A stretch of 64,000 nucleotides of DNA from Candidatus Dadabacteria bacterium (GCA_963805855.1 CAWDVW010000005.1:704001-768000); one strand, 5' to 3'. Shown: positions 31,651 to 42,260, counted from the stretch's first letter. Translations and numbers: made by a program. Notes: a model not told the origin generated them from the letters alone.

Positions 31651-31733
31651 AAAAAAAATGCCCAGAGAATCGGTGGCGAGATCCTCTGGGCCAATGGCAA
31701 AAGCGGAGGATGGCAACTGAATCTTCACTATTA
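31651..31733 (-). ncRNA. candidate about 83-nt sRNA with anti-SD seed and intrinsic terminator
   Basis: extended -10 TG-A-TACTAT at 31748-31740; single-stranded UUGCCAUCCUCC; 12-bp stem with a G-U pair + A-U8. Confidence 0.65.
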
Positions 31734-32117
31734 GAAACTATAGTATCACCCCAAAATTAAATGAAAATTAATTTAATGTTAGGTAATTGTTAAGTTTGCT
31801 TAACCTGAGTAATCCATCCTCGTATTTCAAGACGAGTAACGTCGGAAGGAATTCGGTCAATTAAATCCCGATAATTCCATCGATTAATGACCGGCTGTGG
31901 TACGCATACGCTATTAAACTATCTCATTAACTTCTGAAAACTTAATAAGTAAGGCTAAATACGATATCTATATTGTGTGCATATGCGAAGTAATTTGTTG
32001 ACTTATTGTCCGAAATGCTTATATTTATGGTTAGTAATGATAAAGATCAATACGGAGAAATTAAGGGTTAGCCAGAAGAAATTAAATTGTTAGGAAGCAG
32101 CCCGAGAACTGATAGCG

Positions 32118-32552
32118 ATGAATATGAATAAGATTCAAGATATATACGATGATAATTTAAAATTTATGAGATTAGTCCTAAACTCCACCTACGATGTGAT
32201 GGGGAAAGGGCAAGTTCTCTTGATTAACCTTTTAAAACCAGCAAAACCCTCCACAAAGGTTGTGAGAAGGGACAACGGAGAAGAACCGGTCGAGGGTATT
32301 CAGTCAAAAGGGGATCGATTTCTTTCCGAGCTATATGCTTTGAGTAAAGCTGATCAGAATCAGGGGCTCAATATGTATGAAATAGGGGAAGGCATTGGTT
32401 TTGACGAACTTGAAACTGAGGAAATAGTGAATAATCTTTCAAGAGCAGAGTTGATAAAACGAGATAAATCCTCAGAGGATGTCTTTCTAACACCCTATGG
32501 AATCATGATAAATAATAGAGATATAATCGTCGGATACGCTCCCGTACATTAA
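32118..32552 (+). CDS. hypothetical protein with C-terminal winged-helix-like domain
   Basis: MYEIGEGIGF..IVNNLSRAELIK..VFLTPYG pattern. Confidence 0.6.
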   Translation: MNMNKIQDIYDDNLKFMRLVLNSTYDVMGKGQVLLINLLKPAKPSTKVVRRDNGEEPVEGIQSKGDRFLSELYALSKADQNQGLNMYEIGEGIGFDELETEEIVNNLSRAELIKRDKSSEDVFLTPYGIMINNRDIIVGYAPVH

Positions 32553-32568
32553 TACCCAAGGTTAAAAT

Positions 32569-33591
32569 TCAAAATGAATTAAAAACCAATTCCTTTACCT
32601 CATCTGTTTCAATTGAAAGATCCATACGTATATTTTCATCCAATCCCCTTACCCATAATGCGATTTTACGATATACATCTACCCTTTGAAACTTCAGGTA
32701 TCTATACTTGCCATCGACACCCGGGAATAACTCTGCAGTTACCGTAGGGCTATCTGGAAAACGCCTTCTTATTAAATCGATCAGCAATTTATGGAGTTTG
32801 ATAGTTCCAAGCGAAATATAATCAATTCTTCCGGGATCAAGTTTAACCAATATCTCTTCGACCATACCGCGGTAATCCTCTTCCCATCCTTCATATATTA
32901 TTATGGGGTCTAATCTTACACCGACCTCATAACCCGCATTCTGGCATCTTCTCGCCGCATCCAGCCTTTCCCTGAGCGAAGGAGTTGTATGCTCTATGGC
33001 ATTCACAACCCTTTCGGGACTTAGCGTCCACGATGGAATCATATTTTTTGGATGGTATTTCAATAATAGAAGGTTCTGGACATTTGTACTCTTGGTTCGA
33101 AATTCAATCACACCATTTTTGTATTTCGAAAAAAGGTCTGAGATTCTCAGTGAAAAATCCGTTAGCGGATCAAAAGCGAGCGCATCACAAACTTCGCCGA
33201 CGTGGAAGTAAGGACGGGGATGACTTTTTAAAATTTCCTCCATCTTTAAGAGAACATCATCCCTATTTACAAAAATTACCGGCACTTTGGTTTGGAAATA
33301 ATACTGCAGGTAACAATATTCGCAATCATATTTACAATCTATCTCATGAAATAGGTAGTACTGGCCACTTTCCATTCTTCCTATGTTCTTAAGAACTTCT
33401 CCCTTTTTCTCGGCTAAAGCCAATGAATTTTTATCCTCGATAGCCCGTATGGGAAAAGGTTTCCCCTCTCCAATACCTTTATAATTATCCACAAACTCTA
33501 CCGGCACGAAAGGCAGCCTCGAGATTATCTTCTTTGTAAGGGGATGATCCTTTATGTGTCTCTCAATGTATAATCTATTAGGCGTTTCCAT
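32569..33591 (-). CDS. radical SAM protein, spore photoproduct lyase-like family
   Basis: CKYDCEYCYLQ (CxxxCxxC), EFRTKS, E..TPSL.ERL.AA, DPII, DGKYRY. Confidence 0.85.
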   Translation of the reverse strand: METPNRLYIERHIKDHPLTKKIISRLPFVPVEFVDNYKGIGEGKPFPIRAIEDKNSLALAEKKGEVLKNIGRMESGQYYLFHEIDCKYDCEYCYLQYYFQTKVPVIFVNRDDVLLKMEEILKSHPRPYFHVGEVCDALAFDPLTDFSLRISDLFSKYKNGVIEFRTKSTNVQNLLLLKYHPKNMIPSWTLSPERVVNAIEHTTPSLRERLDAARRCQNAGYEVGVRLDPIIIYEGWEEDYRGMVEEILVKLDPGRIDYISLGTIKLHKLLIDLIRRRFPDSPTVTAELFPGVDGKYRYLKFQRVDVYRKIALWVRGLDENIRMDLSIETDEVKELVFNSF

Positions 33592-33894
33592 TTTTTTTTT
33601 GAAAATTTTTCGACTGAATAGAAATCTAAATCTTTATAAGAATAACCATCATATTGAAAGCATAAACCACTGGCCAGTTAAGGATTTTAATCAAAGATGC
33701 AAATCCGGATAAAACACTAGGATACCTAATGAAATTAAATTTAAGTAAATTCCCTATCTCTATAGCAATCCCTAGCGACTATGACGTAGCATTTCCCTGA
33801 TTCAGAATATCGCTAAAATTAAAAAGCAATTGACGGGATACTAATGAATATTTAAAATTCATCAATCCGTAATTGGTAGCTATGGATTAAGATT

Positions 33895-35805
33895 ATGAGA
33901 CCTTCATATCGAAAATCACATCAGATAATAGTCATAGGAGCAGGACACGCAGGCTGTGAGGCCGCGCTGGCCTCCGCCAGAATTGGTTGCAGGACACTTG
34001 TACTCACAGCGAATATCGACACGATAGGCCTGATGTCATGTAACCCTTCTATTGGGGGTGTTGGAAAAGGCCATCTTGTAAAGGAGATTGACGCCCTTGG
34101 AGGCGAAATGGGAAAGGCGGCCGACGCAACAGCCATTCAATTTAGAAGGCTGAATACAAAAAAGGGCCCGGCAGTCCAAGCAACTAGAATTCAAGCGGAC
34201 AGGCAAGCTTATAAAACATACATGAGGAATGCCCTAGAATCCGAAAGGAATATAGATATAAAGCAGAGAATGGTGGAAGGATTTCTTGCCAAGCGTGGAA
34301 GGGTGTTAGGGGTCAAAACAAATCTCGGCGAGAATTTTTTCGCAGATGCCGTGGTAGTCACTCCCGGAACATTTCCGAACGGACTGATTCACATAGGGCT
34401 TACCAAGATATCTGCAGGTCGTGCCGGCGAGGCTGCCGCGCTAGGGATAACCGAATCTTTTGAGAGCCTTGGATTCAAAATGGGAAGGTTAAAAACTGGG
34501 ACACCTCCTAGATTCGACGGAAGGACAATTAATTGGGAAATTCTAGAGGTTCAACCGGGCGATAAAGATCCGGTCCCGTTTTCATCCTCTAGCGATATCA
34601 ACGACAGGAGACAGCTCCCGTGCTACATAACCTATACCAACGAAAAGACCCATGATGTGATTAGAAGAAACCTCCACAAGTCACCTCTGTATTCAGGAGA
34701 TATTAAAGGAGTCGGTCCCAGATATTGCCCCTCTATAGAGGATAAGGTCGTAAAGTTTGCCGACAAGGACCGACATCAAATATTCCTTGAGCCAGAGGGA
34801 ATAAATACCTATGAAATTTATCCAAACGGCATCTCCACCAGCCTACCGTTGGACGTTCAATACCAAATCGTTCGAACCATTAGAGGCCTCGAAGAAGTAG
34901 AGATAATGCGACCCGGTTACGCAGTGGAATATGACTTCTTAGACCCGACACAGCTAAATAACATTCTCGAATCAAAGCACGTCTCAAATTTGTTCTTTGC
35001 GGGACAAATAAACGGGACAACGGGTTATGAAGAAGCAGCATCTCAGGGTCTTATCGCCGGTATAAACGCAGCCCTTCTTGTAAAAGGAGAAGAACCTTTA
35101 ATTATAGATCGATCGGAGGGTTACATCGGGATCTTAATAGACGATCTTGTTACAAAAGGTGTTGACGAGCCATACAGAATGTTTACTTCACGAGCTGAGT
35201 ATCGTCTAATCCTGAGAGAAGATAACGCAGATTTAAGGCTTAGGGAAAAGGGTCATCGCATCGGTCTGGTCAGGAATAAAGCGTACGATAAGTTCATCGA
35301 GAAAAAAGAGAAGATCGAAAATGAACTCAGCAGGTTGGAAAAAACAAAAGTCTTTCCAAACAATCAGGTCAATGACCTCCTTACACAGATTGGATCTTCT
35401 CCTTTGAAAAAACCGCATACGTTAAAAGAGTTACTTAGACGACCGGAAATTACCTACAGAGAACTCAGTTTAATAGACCCTCTCTCAAGTAACTTTATAG
35501 ACAGCGATCTAACGGCACAGATATGTATGGAGATTAAATACGAAGGCTACATAAAGAGGCAGTTCGAACAGGTGGAAAAATTCAAGAGGATCGAACAGAT
35601 TCATATTCCAAAGGACTTTTCCTATCAAACCATACCAGGGCTTTCCAATGAGATTGTTCAGAAACTCTCGAAAATCCGGCCATCCTCTCTGGGGCAAGCA
35701 AGCAGAATTTCAGGTATAACACCTGCTGCGATTTCTGTCCTTATGGTTTATTTAAAGCAAGATGTGATTAAGAATTTAGAGGGTTATTCTTCCAGATTTT
35801 CTTGA
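33895..35805 (+). CDS. mnmG: tRNA uridine-5-carboxymethylaminomethyl(34) synthesis enzyme MnmG (GidA)
   Basis: GAGHAG, SCNPSIGG, GRLKTGTPPR, GPRYCPSIEDK, GQINGTTGYEEAA. Confidence 0.98.
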   Translation: MRPSYRKSHQIIVIGAGHAGCEAALASARIGCRTLVLTANIDTIGLMSCNPSIGGVGKGHLVKEIDALGGEMGKAADATAIQFRRLNTKKGPAVQATRIQADRQAYKTYMRNALESERNIDIKQRMVEGFLAKRGRVLGVKTNLGENFFADAVVVTPGTFPNGLIHIGLTKISAGRAGEAAALGITESFESLGFKMGRLKTGTPPRFDGRTINWEILEVQPGDKDPVPFSSSSDINDRRQLPCYITYTNEKTHDVIRRNLHKSPLYSGDIKGVGPRYCPSIEDKVVKFADKDRHQIFLEPEGINTYEIYPNGISTSLPLDVQYQIVRTIRGLEEVEIMRPGYAVEYDFLDPTQLNNILESKHVSNLFFAGQINGTTGYEEAASQGLIAGINAALLVKGEEPLIIDRSEGYIGILIDDLVTKGVDEPYRMFTSRAEYRLILREDNADLRLREKGHRIGLVRNKAYDKFIEKKEKIENELSRLEKTKVFPNNQVNDLLTQIGSSPLKKPHTLKELLRRPEITYRELSLIDPLSSNFIDSDLTAQICMEIKYEGYIKRQFEQVEKFKRIEQIHIPKDFSYQTIPGLSNEIVQKLSKIRPSSLGQASRISGITPAAISVLMVYLKQDVIKNLEGYSSRFS

Positions 35806-35945
35806 TCTTCGTCGTCTGACGCAGATAATTCTTTTTCAAGCATTTCCATGATATCTTCATAGTCTCCACCCACATAGGTAGAACTCTCCGGATCTTCAAG
35901 CAGATCGACGAGGTCTTTTATTTTTCTTCCTCCCTTTTTAGACAT
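35784..35945 (-). CDS. small acidic protein (53 aa), absent from the ORF track
   Basis: AAAGGAGG SD; MSKKGGRKIKDLVDLLEDPESSTYVGGDYEDIMEMLEKELSASDDEDQENLEE*. Confidence 0.65.
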   Translation of the reverse strand: MSKKGGRKIKDLVDLLEDPESSTYVGGDYEDIMEMLEKELSASDDEDQENLEE

Positions 35946-36091
35946 TGCATATTATCCTCCTTTAAATAATTTTAACACAACCTATAAAATAATTACAAAT
36001 ATAACCTGATAATTCGCTGCATCAAGCTACAAGGAAGGAAGATCTTCTTACCTTACATGTGGAAAAAAAGACCATAAACTAACAATAATTT

Positions 36092-36360
36092 GCGGGGAAC
36101 GCATATATGCGTTCCCTACCACTACACAAATTATTCGTTAGAAAATCGAATGTCGGTTAATTAGAGATGTAGCGGAGGACTTCAGCCCTCCATAAAATCA
36201 ATAAGATGGAAATCTATCAGGTCAAGAATTTCCCGACTATCCATAATAAAGGACCTTCATCAATAACGATAGGGGAGGTTTTCCGACCCCGCATGGATAA
36301 AACATAAGGAATGGAAGCCTAACCTGTCCTTAGCCCTGAGCGTGACGAAGGGTCGAAGGA
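36092..36360. repeat. REP-like cluster including copy 2 of the 1005-1095 element
   Basis: GGGAACGCAT-AT-ATGCGTTCCCTAC; GTAGCGGAGGACTTCAGCCCTCC; CCCGACTATCCAT..CCCCGCATGGATAAAACAT; CCCTGAG..CGAAGG. Confidence 0.75.
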
Positions 36361-36396
36361 AAGCTTCCCCTGCATTTAGGACAAAAGTAGAAGAAT

Positions 36397-38634
36397 TTAT
36401 GAAGCCTTTTGCGCTCGGGTTTTTTTTACGTTTAATAGTTCCAACATCTTCCCCACATCAGTTGTTGGAAGTTGACATTCATAGTTTAGACACACGTAGG
36501 CAGTTGCTTTTCCATTGAGGCTCGTGTGATTTTTTGCATATTCGGCAAAGAGGCTTATGTCGGATGCGCTGTTCTCACTTGCGCGAAATAGCACAACCTT
36601 ATTGGGTAAGAATTGCTTCCGCAGCGCTTCCAGCATAACACCTGTATCGTCTGCCTTGGAATCACCTGCAATCACAACTTCGTAAGAAGGGCCTATCCCG
36701 AAATCCAAGGCGACCAAGAGTTGAGTAAAAGCCGACGGATACTTCTTGATAACTTTTGAAAAAACTTCACCTATTTTTGCGGCTTTGCGTTCCAGGTCCG
36801 AATTGGCGGTTATCCTTCCCAGTCTTATGAGGTTAAGCATTGCGACAGAATTGCCTGAAGGCATTGCACCGTCATTTATTTCCTTCTGACGGACAATAAG
36901 TTCTTCGACATCGTTTGGGGTAAAGTAAAACCCTCCATTAGCCTCATCCCAGAAATTTTTGATCAATTCACTGTTCATCTCTAAGGCTGTCTTAAGATAG
37001 TTAACATCAAAGGTAGCTTCGTAAAGCTCCGTCAGTCCCCAGACCAAAAATGCATAATCAGTAAGGTTTGCCCTTATACCAGATTCTCCATCTCTGTAGC
37101 GATGAAGTAAGTTACCATTCTTATCTCGGAGATTTTTAAGTATAAAATCTACCGCACGACCAGCTGCGACCGAATACTCTGGCTCATTAAACGCCTGTGC
37201 TCCTTTAGCGAGGGCGGCGATCATCAACCCATTCCAATCGGTCAGTACCTTATCGTCTTTATGAGGATGAACCCTTTTCTCTCTGACCGTAAACAGCTTT
37301 TCTCTTGCCGATTGAATTTTGCTATTTAGTTTCTCTTCAGAAATATTGAGAGACAGGGCAATTTCAGCTACAGGCTTTTTTAGATGCAGGATGTTGTCTC
37401 CAGTCTTCCTTCCGGTTGCCTCCTCACCGAAATTGCCCGCTTCGTCTACATTGAAAACCTTTATGAACAGTTCGGCATCATCTTTACCCAATACTTGTCT
37501 AATCTCTCTTTCATTCCAGAGATAAAATTTACCTTCTTCTCCCTCGCTATCGGCATCCTCGGCCGAATAGAAGCCACCGCCAGCATCAGTCATGTCCCTG
37601 AGTACATAACTGAATATTTCGCGAGCGGTCTGCTCATAATCCTTTTTGCCGGTTGCTTGATAAGCCTCAATATATGCCATGGCCAGCATCGCCTGATCGT
37701 AAAGCATCTTTTCAAAGTGCGGAACAAACCAGTTTGGGTCCGTGGAATAACGATGAAATCCAAATCCGACATGATCGTATATACCACCAAGTCGCATCGA
37801 TTGAAGGGTCTTTTCTACCATGGCTAAAGCATTTTCATTGCCGCTTCGCTTCCAGTAGCGAAGCAGGAAAAGATAATTATGTGGAGTTGGAAACTTAGGC
37901 GCCGTCCCCATTCCCCCGTTAGTTGAATCAAAGTTTCCTGCAAGCTGATCATATGCATTCTCTAACGAAGATTCGTCAAGTTCTTCACCCTTAAGCTGCA
38001 CTGAACTCCCTAATCCCTGCTGAAGAGCAGAGGTTATTTGGTTAGCCGACTTCGTCACCTCATCCCTCTGCGTAGTCCAGAGCTCCTTTACGCGCGGGAT
38101 CAGATCGAGCATTCCGGCGCGGCCAAAGCGCGCTTCCTTTGGGATGTATGTCGCGGCGAAGAAGGGCTTATTGTCTGGTGTCATTATGATGTTTAGTGGC
38201 CATCCGCAATTACCCCTCGATATCATCTGACATACCGTCATATAGATGTTATCTATATCAGGTCTTTCTTCCCGATCTACCTTTATTGAAACAAAAGTCT
38301 CGTTCATGAGCCTTGCAACCTCGGGATCCTCAAACGATTCGTGCTCCATGACATGACACCAATGGCATGTTGAGTACCCAATTGAAAGGAGAATTGGCTT
38401 ATCCTCTTTACGAGCCTTTTCAAAGGCCTCGTCGCCCCAAGGATACCAATCCACAGGATTATCTGCATGCTGAAGTAAGTACGGGCTCTTTTCATTTATG
38501 AGCCGATTTGGCTTTCCCATTTTTTTCGATTCCGTCGCGTGAAGTTTTGTTACATTAGTAAATAGCTCTGATGAAAACAACACGATTATGACTACTATAA
38601 TTCCACTTAAAAAGATAAAGGCTAACCTGTTCAT
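36397..38634 (-). CDS. thioredoxin domain + six-hairpin glycosidase-like protein (YyaL/DUF255/SPATA20 family) with N-terminal signal/anchor
   Basis: [54 protein letters not shown]. Confidence 0.92.
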   Translation of the reverse strand: MNRLAFIFLSGIIVVIIVLFSSELFTNVTKLHATESKKMGKPNRLINEKSPYLLQHADNPVDWYPWGDEAFEKARKEDKPILLSIGYSTCHWCHVMEHESFEDPEVARLMNETFVSIKVDREERPDIDNIYMTVCQMISRGNCGWPLNIIMTPDNKPFFAATYIPKEARFGRAGMLDLIPRVKELWTTQRDEVTKSANQITSALQQGLGSSVQLKGEELDESSLENAYDQLAGNFDSTNGGMGTAPKFPTPHNYLFLLRYWKRSGNENALAMVEKTLQSMRLGGIYDHVGFGFHRYSTDPNWFVPHFEKMLYDQAMLAMAYIEAYQATGKKDYEQTAREIFSYVLRDMTDAGGGFYSAEDADSEGEEGKFYLWNEREIRQVLGKDDAELFIKVFNVDEAGNFGEEATGRKTGDNILHLKKPVAEIALSLNISEEKLNSKIQSAREKLFTVREKRVHPHKDDKVLTDWNGLMIAALAKGAQAFNEPEYSVAAGRAVDFILKNLRDKNGNLLHRYRDGESGIRANLTDYAFLVWGLTELYEATFDVNYLKTALEMNSELIKNFWDEANGGFYFTPNDVEELIVRQKEINDGAMPSGNSVAMLNLIRLGRITANSDLERKAAKIGEVFSKVIKKYPSAFTQLLVALDFGIGPSYEVVIAGDSKADDTGVMLEALRKQFLPNKVVLFRASENSASDISLFAEYAKNHTSLNGKATAYVCLNYECQLPTTDVGKMLELLNVKKTRAQKAS

Positions 38635-38906
38635 TATTTCAATAAGCTCTTAGGCCACCCTTTTGAGTCATCAGACCCCGGTATTCAGCATATCCAAAGA
38701 GGGTCATATAACCGATTGAAGTGCTATTCCTAATCGATATATTTGCTACGATCTGTTTTCCTAATAAGATAGTTTAATGCCATTTATTATTATTCGCAAC
38801 ATTCTTATTGTTTACTGATGGAATCCCGCCTGAAACGAAGTATTCAAATACCCTTTACTAGTGACATTAGTTATAATTATTGACTCAAAAAATTTTAGAA
38901 CAAAAT

Positions 38907-40613
38907 ATGAATTTAATTGATAAGAAATACTCTGAGATTATATTAGAGGAAAAGGCTCTGCTGGAATCCCTTGTCCCGGAAATAAAATCGACATCAAACG
39001 AAAAACTCGAAAGAAAATTAAACAGCGCCCGCGACAATCTTGAAAACCTCTTCTCAGTAGTTTTCATCGGTGAGTTCAGCACCGGGAAATCGACAATAAT
39101 AAACGCGCTGCTGGGTAGAAACATCCTTCCGGAAGGGATCACTCCTACTACGGATGAAATAACCATCATCAAATACGGTGAAACAGACGAGGAATCAAAC
39201 TATAATGACTACCATTATATTTCAATCAACGAAGAAAGGCTTAAAGGTTTTTTCATCGTAGACACTCCCGGAACAAACGTCACGATCGAACAGCATGAAA
39301 AGATAACCCAGGACTTCATACCTAACGCCGACATAGTTTTTTTTACAATCGGAGCAGAAAGAGCCGTAACAGGAAGCGAAGCGAAGCTCATTAGATTTAT
39401 CAAAGAAGACTGGCTTAAAAATATAGTCTTCCTCCTGAATAAGATTGATATAGTAGATGACCAGAGCGAACTTAATGAGCTGATACAGCATACAGAAGGC
39501 GAACTACAGAGAATATTCAAGATAAAACCGTTTCTGATACCCATTTCTGCGAAGTTTGCGAATAATGCAAGAACCTCGTCCGATGAGGAACTCTATAGAA
39601 GGAGCGGGATAAATAAGGTTGAAGACTATATGTTCAAGACTCTGGGAGAAGAGGAACGGATCAGGATGAAAATAAAGGGATCTTCCGAATTTGCTATTAG
39701 CCTTTGCACCGAAACAATAAAAGCGATTGATGACAACATTCAAAAGATATCTATCGATATGGTAAAGCTCGGGGAGTTCGAAAATAGATTAACAGGAATG
39801 AAGGAAGAGATCTTCTATAACTCAAATCAGTTCACGGAGAGGATCAAGACAAGGCTCCTTGAATTTAAAACAAGGGGTATAGAGTTTATCGACGATCTAA
39901 TCCGATTTGAGAATGTGCTTAAGCTATTCAGAAAGGAAAAAATCGCAAAGGAGTTTGAGTCCAGAGTCTCACTTCAGACCGTAAAGGAGTTGGAAAAAGA
40001 TCTTGATGCTATGGTCAGCTGGACAGAGCGATCCGCAAGGACGATGATGGATACCTCACTTGAGTTTTATCGCGACTCCATCCAACCAGAATCAACAAAG
40101 CTTCACACGGGCTTCGGCTACGACAGATCTCTTCTCATAGACACCGTCAGGACGGAAATCGACAAAAGACGACAGCAGATCGACCCTGCGTTGCTGGGAG
40201 GTAATCTCGTCGACTCCGCTAGAACCGCGATCGCATCGGTCTTAGGAGTTCAGGTAGGATCCCTCGCCATCGGTGCGGCGGTTATCTCAGCATTCTCATC
40301 CATAATCGTCGACATAACGGGAATAATAGCAACAATTGCGGTAGTTGCTACGGCTTTTGCAATACTTCCCAGAAAGCGAAGGAACGCTATGAAGGAGTTT
40401 AGCGTCAAGGTAGACACGTTGATTGCCGAATTAACCTCAAGCATGAGCTCACAGCTTGAACGAGACCTCGACAGTATAAAAATGCAGATCCTGGATTCGC
40501 TGATTCCCCTAAAGAACTTTTATAAAACACAGGAAGCAAAACTTCTGCAGTCTAAGAAGCGTGTGGAAGACATAGGCGAAAATTTTACGAAGATCAATAA
40601 AAGCGTGTCCTAG
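38907..40613 (+). CDS. bacterial dynamin-like GTPase (FZL/mitofusin-type)
   Basis: G1 GEFSTGKS, G2 PTT, G3 DTPG, G4 NKID; coiled coils; hydrophobic hairpin near the C-terminus. Confidence 0.88.
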   Translation: MNLIDKKYSEIILEEKALLESLVPEIKSTSNEKLERKLNSARDNLENLFSVVFIGEFSTGKSTIINALLGRNILPEGITPTTDEITIIKYGETDEESNYNDYHYISINEERLKGFFIVDTPGTNVTIEQHEKITQDFIPNADIVFFTIGAERAVTGSEAKLIRFIKEDWLKNIVFLLNKIDIVDDQSELNELIQHTEGELQRIFKIKPFLIPISAKFANNARTSSDEELYRRSGINKVEDYMFKTLGEEERIRMKIKGSSEFAISLCTETIKAIDDNIQKISIDMVKLGEFENRLTGMKEEIFYNSNQFTERIKTRLLEFKTRGIEFIDDLIRFENVLKLFRKEKIAKEFESRVSLQTVKELEKDLDAMVSWTERSARTMMDTSLEFYRDSIQPESTKLHTGFGYDRSLLIDTVRTEIDKRRQQIDPALLGGNLVDSARTAIASVLGVQVGSLAIGAAVISAFSSIIVDITGIIATIAVVATAFAILPRKRRNAMKEFSVKVDTLIAELTSSMSSQLERDLDSIKMQILDSLIPLKNFYKTQEAKLLQSKKRVEDIGENFTKINKSVS

Positions 40614-40823
40614 CAGTTCAATGATGAAACAAATCTCTTTGAGCAAAGTTAATATATACAAATGTTATAGGTACCAAATAAATGGGTTTTAAAGAGCAAA
40701 TTTCATTTACTTCATTCCAGTATCACTTGAAATTGTCCAGGTTTTTTAAAGCTTTTGGGTTTTATATGTATTGATGGCTATGTATACTATAAGAGTAATG
40801 AGGCCTGACTGGGGTACACTAGT

Positions 40824-42212
40824 ATGAGGGGAACTCTAGAAATAATAATCACACTCTTAGTTTTGTTCTCGCCGGCTTATCCGCTACACGCCCAAAGCAT
40901 CAGATCGGGAGGTTTTGCGGGCCGGGGAATTAGCGGAGGAATTAGAGGGGCTAGAGTCGGGACAACCGGTTCGGGAAGACAGGGAACGGTCTCAAATTTC
41001 CGACCTGGATTCAATCGAGCTGGCTCAACCTCGAGCTTTCGAGGAAAGAGCGCAGGGATCGGTAATGGAATGGCTAATTCTCGTTTTAGCCAAAGAGGTT
41101 TTGGACAGAATACTTCGAGGGCCGGAGGTTCATTCAGTTCCAGCTCGAACCTCACAAGATCCACTCTGGGTAAAAGCATTTCAGCTCCACAATTTCAATT
41201 AATTTCTGCGTCCAGAAAAAATGCTATGGCACCGGTCAATAAGGGCTCTACGGGTTTTGACTCTGGAAGGCTAAACAAAGTCAGATCTGGATCTCAAAAG
41301 GATACATCACCGACGAAGACAGGAAGAAATTACCCCTCTTCTAATAAAATCAGCAATATCTCCAGGGGACTAAAAAATCCCCTTATCATCGATAAAAGGG
41401 CGTCCTTGATATCTAAGAGATTGAACTCAAATCGAAATGGGAATCACAAACGCACGCTAACCGGAAAAGAAGGGGCCATCAAACCTTTCAACGAAATATC
41501 AACAGTTTCTGCTGGGAATAGGGATATAGTTCATTGGGTTGATAGACATAATGGCATTAGACACTATACAAACGACATAAATTCAATCCCCGAAGCAGCG
41601 AAAGCAATAACTCTGGTGGACGGTAAAAATCGTAGGTCGGTATCGGGCTTGTCAGAAAGAACCAAAAATCTTAGAATTTCTGAGTCTCGTTTCAGAAAAG
41701 CGTCCTTTACAAGCCCGGATAAAACTGCAAATCTTGTCATGGAAAAGACCGCCGATTTCCCAGGTCAACGCCGGGGCTTTGCGATTGGGGGAGATCATGA
41801 AAGAAGAAATACTCACAATGGCAAGCACACTAAAGGCTTCCATCATAATAAGGGCTTCGCCGACACTGGTCCCCAACACTTTCGTCATGGTCATTTTCAT
41901 CACGGTCACTTCTTTCCAGTCGATCCATTTTTCTTTGGCAACTCATTTTTCTTTTTCCGGCCATTCTTCCCTCTTTCAAGCTTTTTCTTTGTGAATAATC
42001 CTTTTATATTTCAACCGATTTTCCCGTCTCCGTTCTTCGGTTTTCAGCCTTTCTTTGTTCCTGCGGTACCGATTGTTTTCATTCCGGTTTTCCCCCAATT
42101 TACAATATTGACGCCATTTATAGATCCGTTTTTGCTAAACCCCTTCTTTAGCCCATTTTTCTTCGGGACAGACTTCTTCTCTACCTCAATCGCCTTTAAT
42201 AATTTCTTTTAA
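40824..42212 (+). CDS. exported low-complexity protein: G/S/R-rich, small DUF4124-like module, His-rich linker, Phe/Pro-rich tail
   Basis: signal peptide ..PLHA|Q; HWVD..G.RHYTN..P; 462-aa open frame. Confidence 0.65.
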   Translation: MRGTLEIIITLLVLFSPAYPLHAQSIRSGGFAGRGISGGIRGARVGTTGSGRQGTVSNFRPGFNRAGSTSSFRGKSAGIGNGMANSRFSQRGFGQNTSRAGGSFSSSSNLTRSTLGKSISAPQFQLISASRKNAMAPVNKGSTGFDSGRLNKVRSGSQKDTSPTKTGRNYPSSNKISNISRGLKNPLIIDKRASLISKRLNSNRNGNHKRTLTGKEGAIKPFNEISTVSAGNRDIVHWVDRHNGIRHYTNDINSIPEAAKAITLVDGKNRRSVSGLSERTKNLRISESRFRKASFTSPDKTANLVMEKTADFPGQRRGFAIGGDHERRNTHNGKHTKGFHHNKGFADTGPQHFRHGHFHHGHFFPVDPFFFGNSFFFFRPFFPLSSFFFVNNPFIFQPIFPSPFFGFQPFFVPAVPIVFIPVFPQFTILTPFIDPFLLNPFFSPFFFGTDFFSTSIAFNNFF

Positions 42213-42260
42213 CTGGCAATCAAAAGGATTGTCTTCCCTAAATCCGACACCGAAAGAATA

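Noticed and set aside
32569-33591. Evidence of sporulation from the spore photoproduct lyase-like gene
   Set aside because: This radical SAM family is widespread in non-sporulating bacteria and no sporulation genes are present
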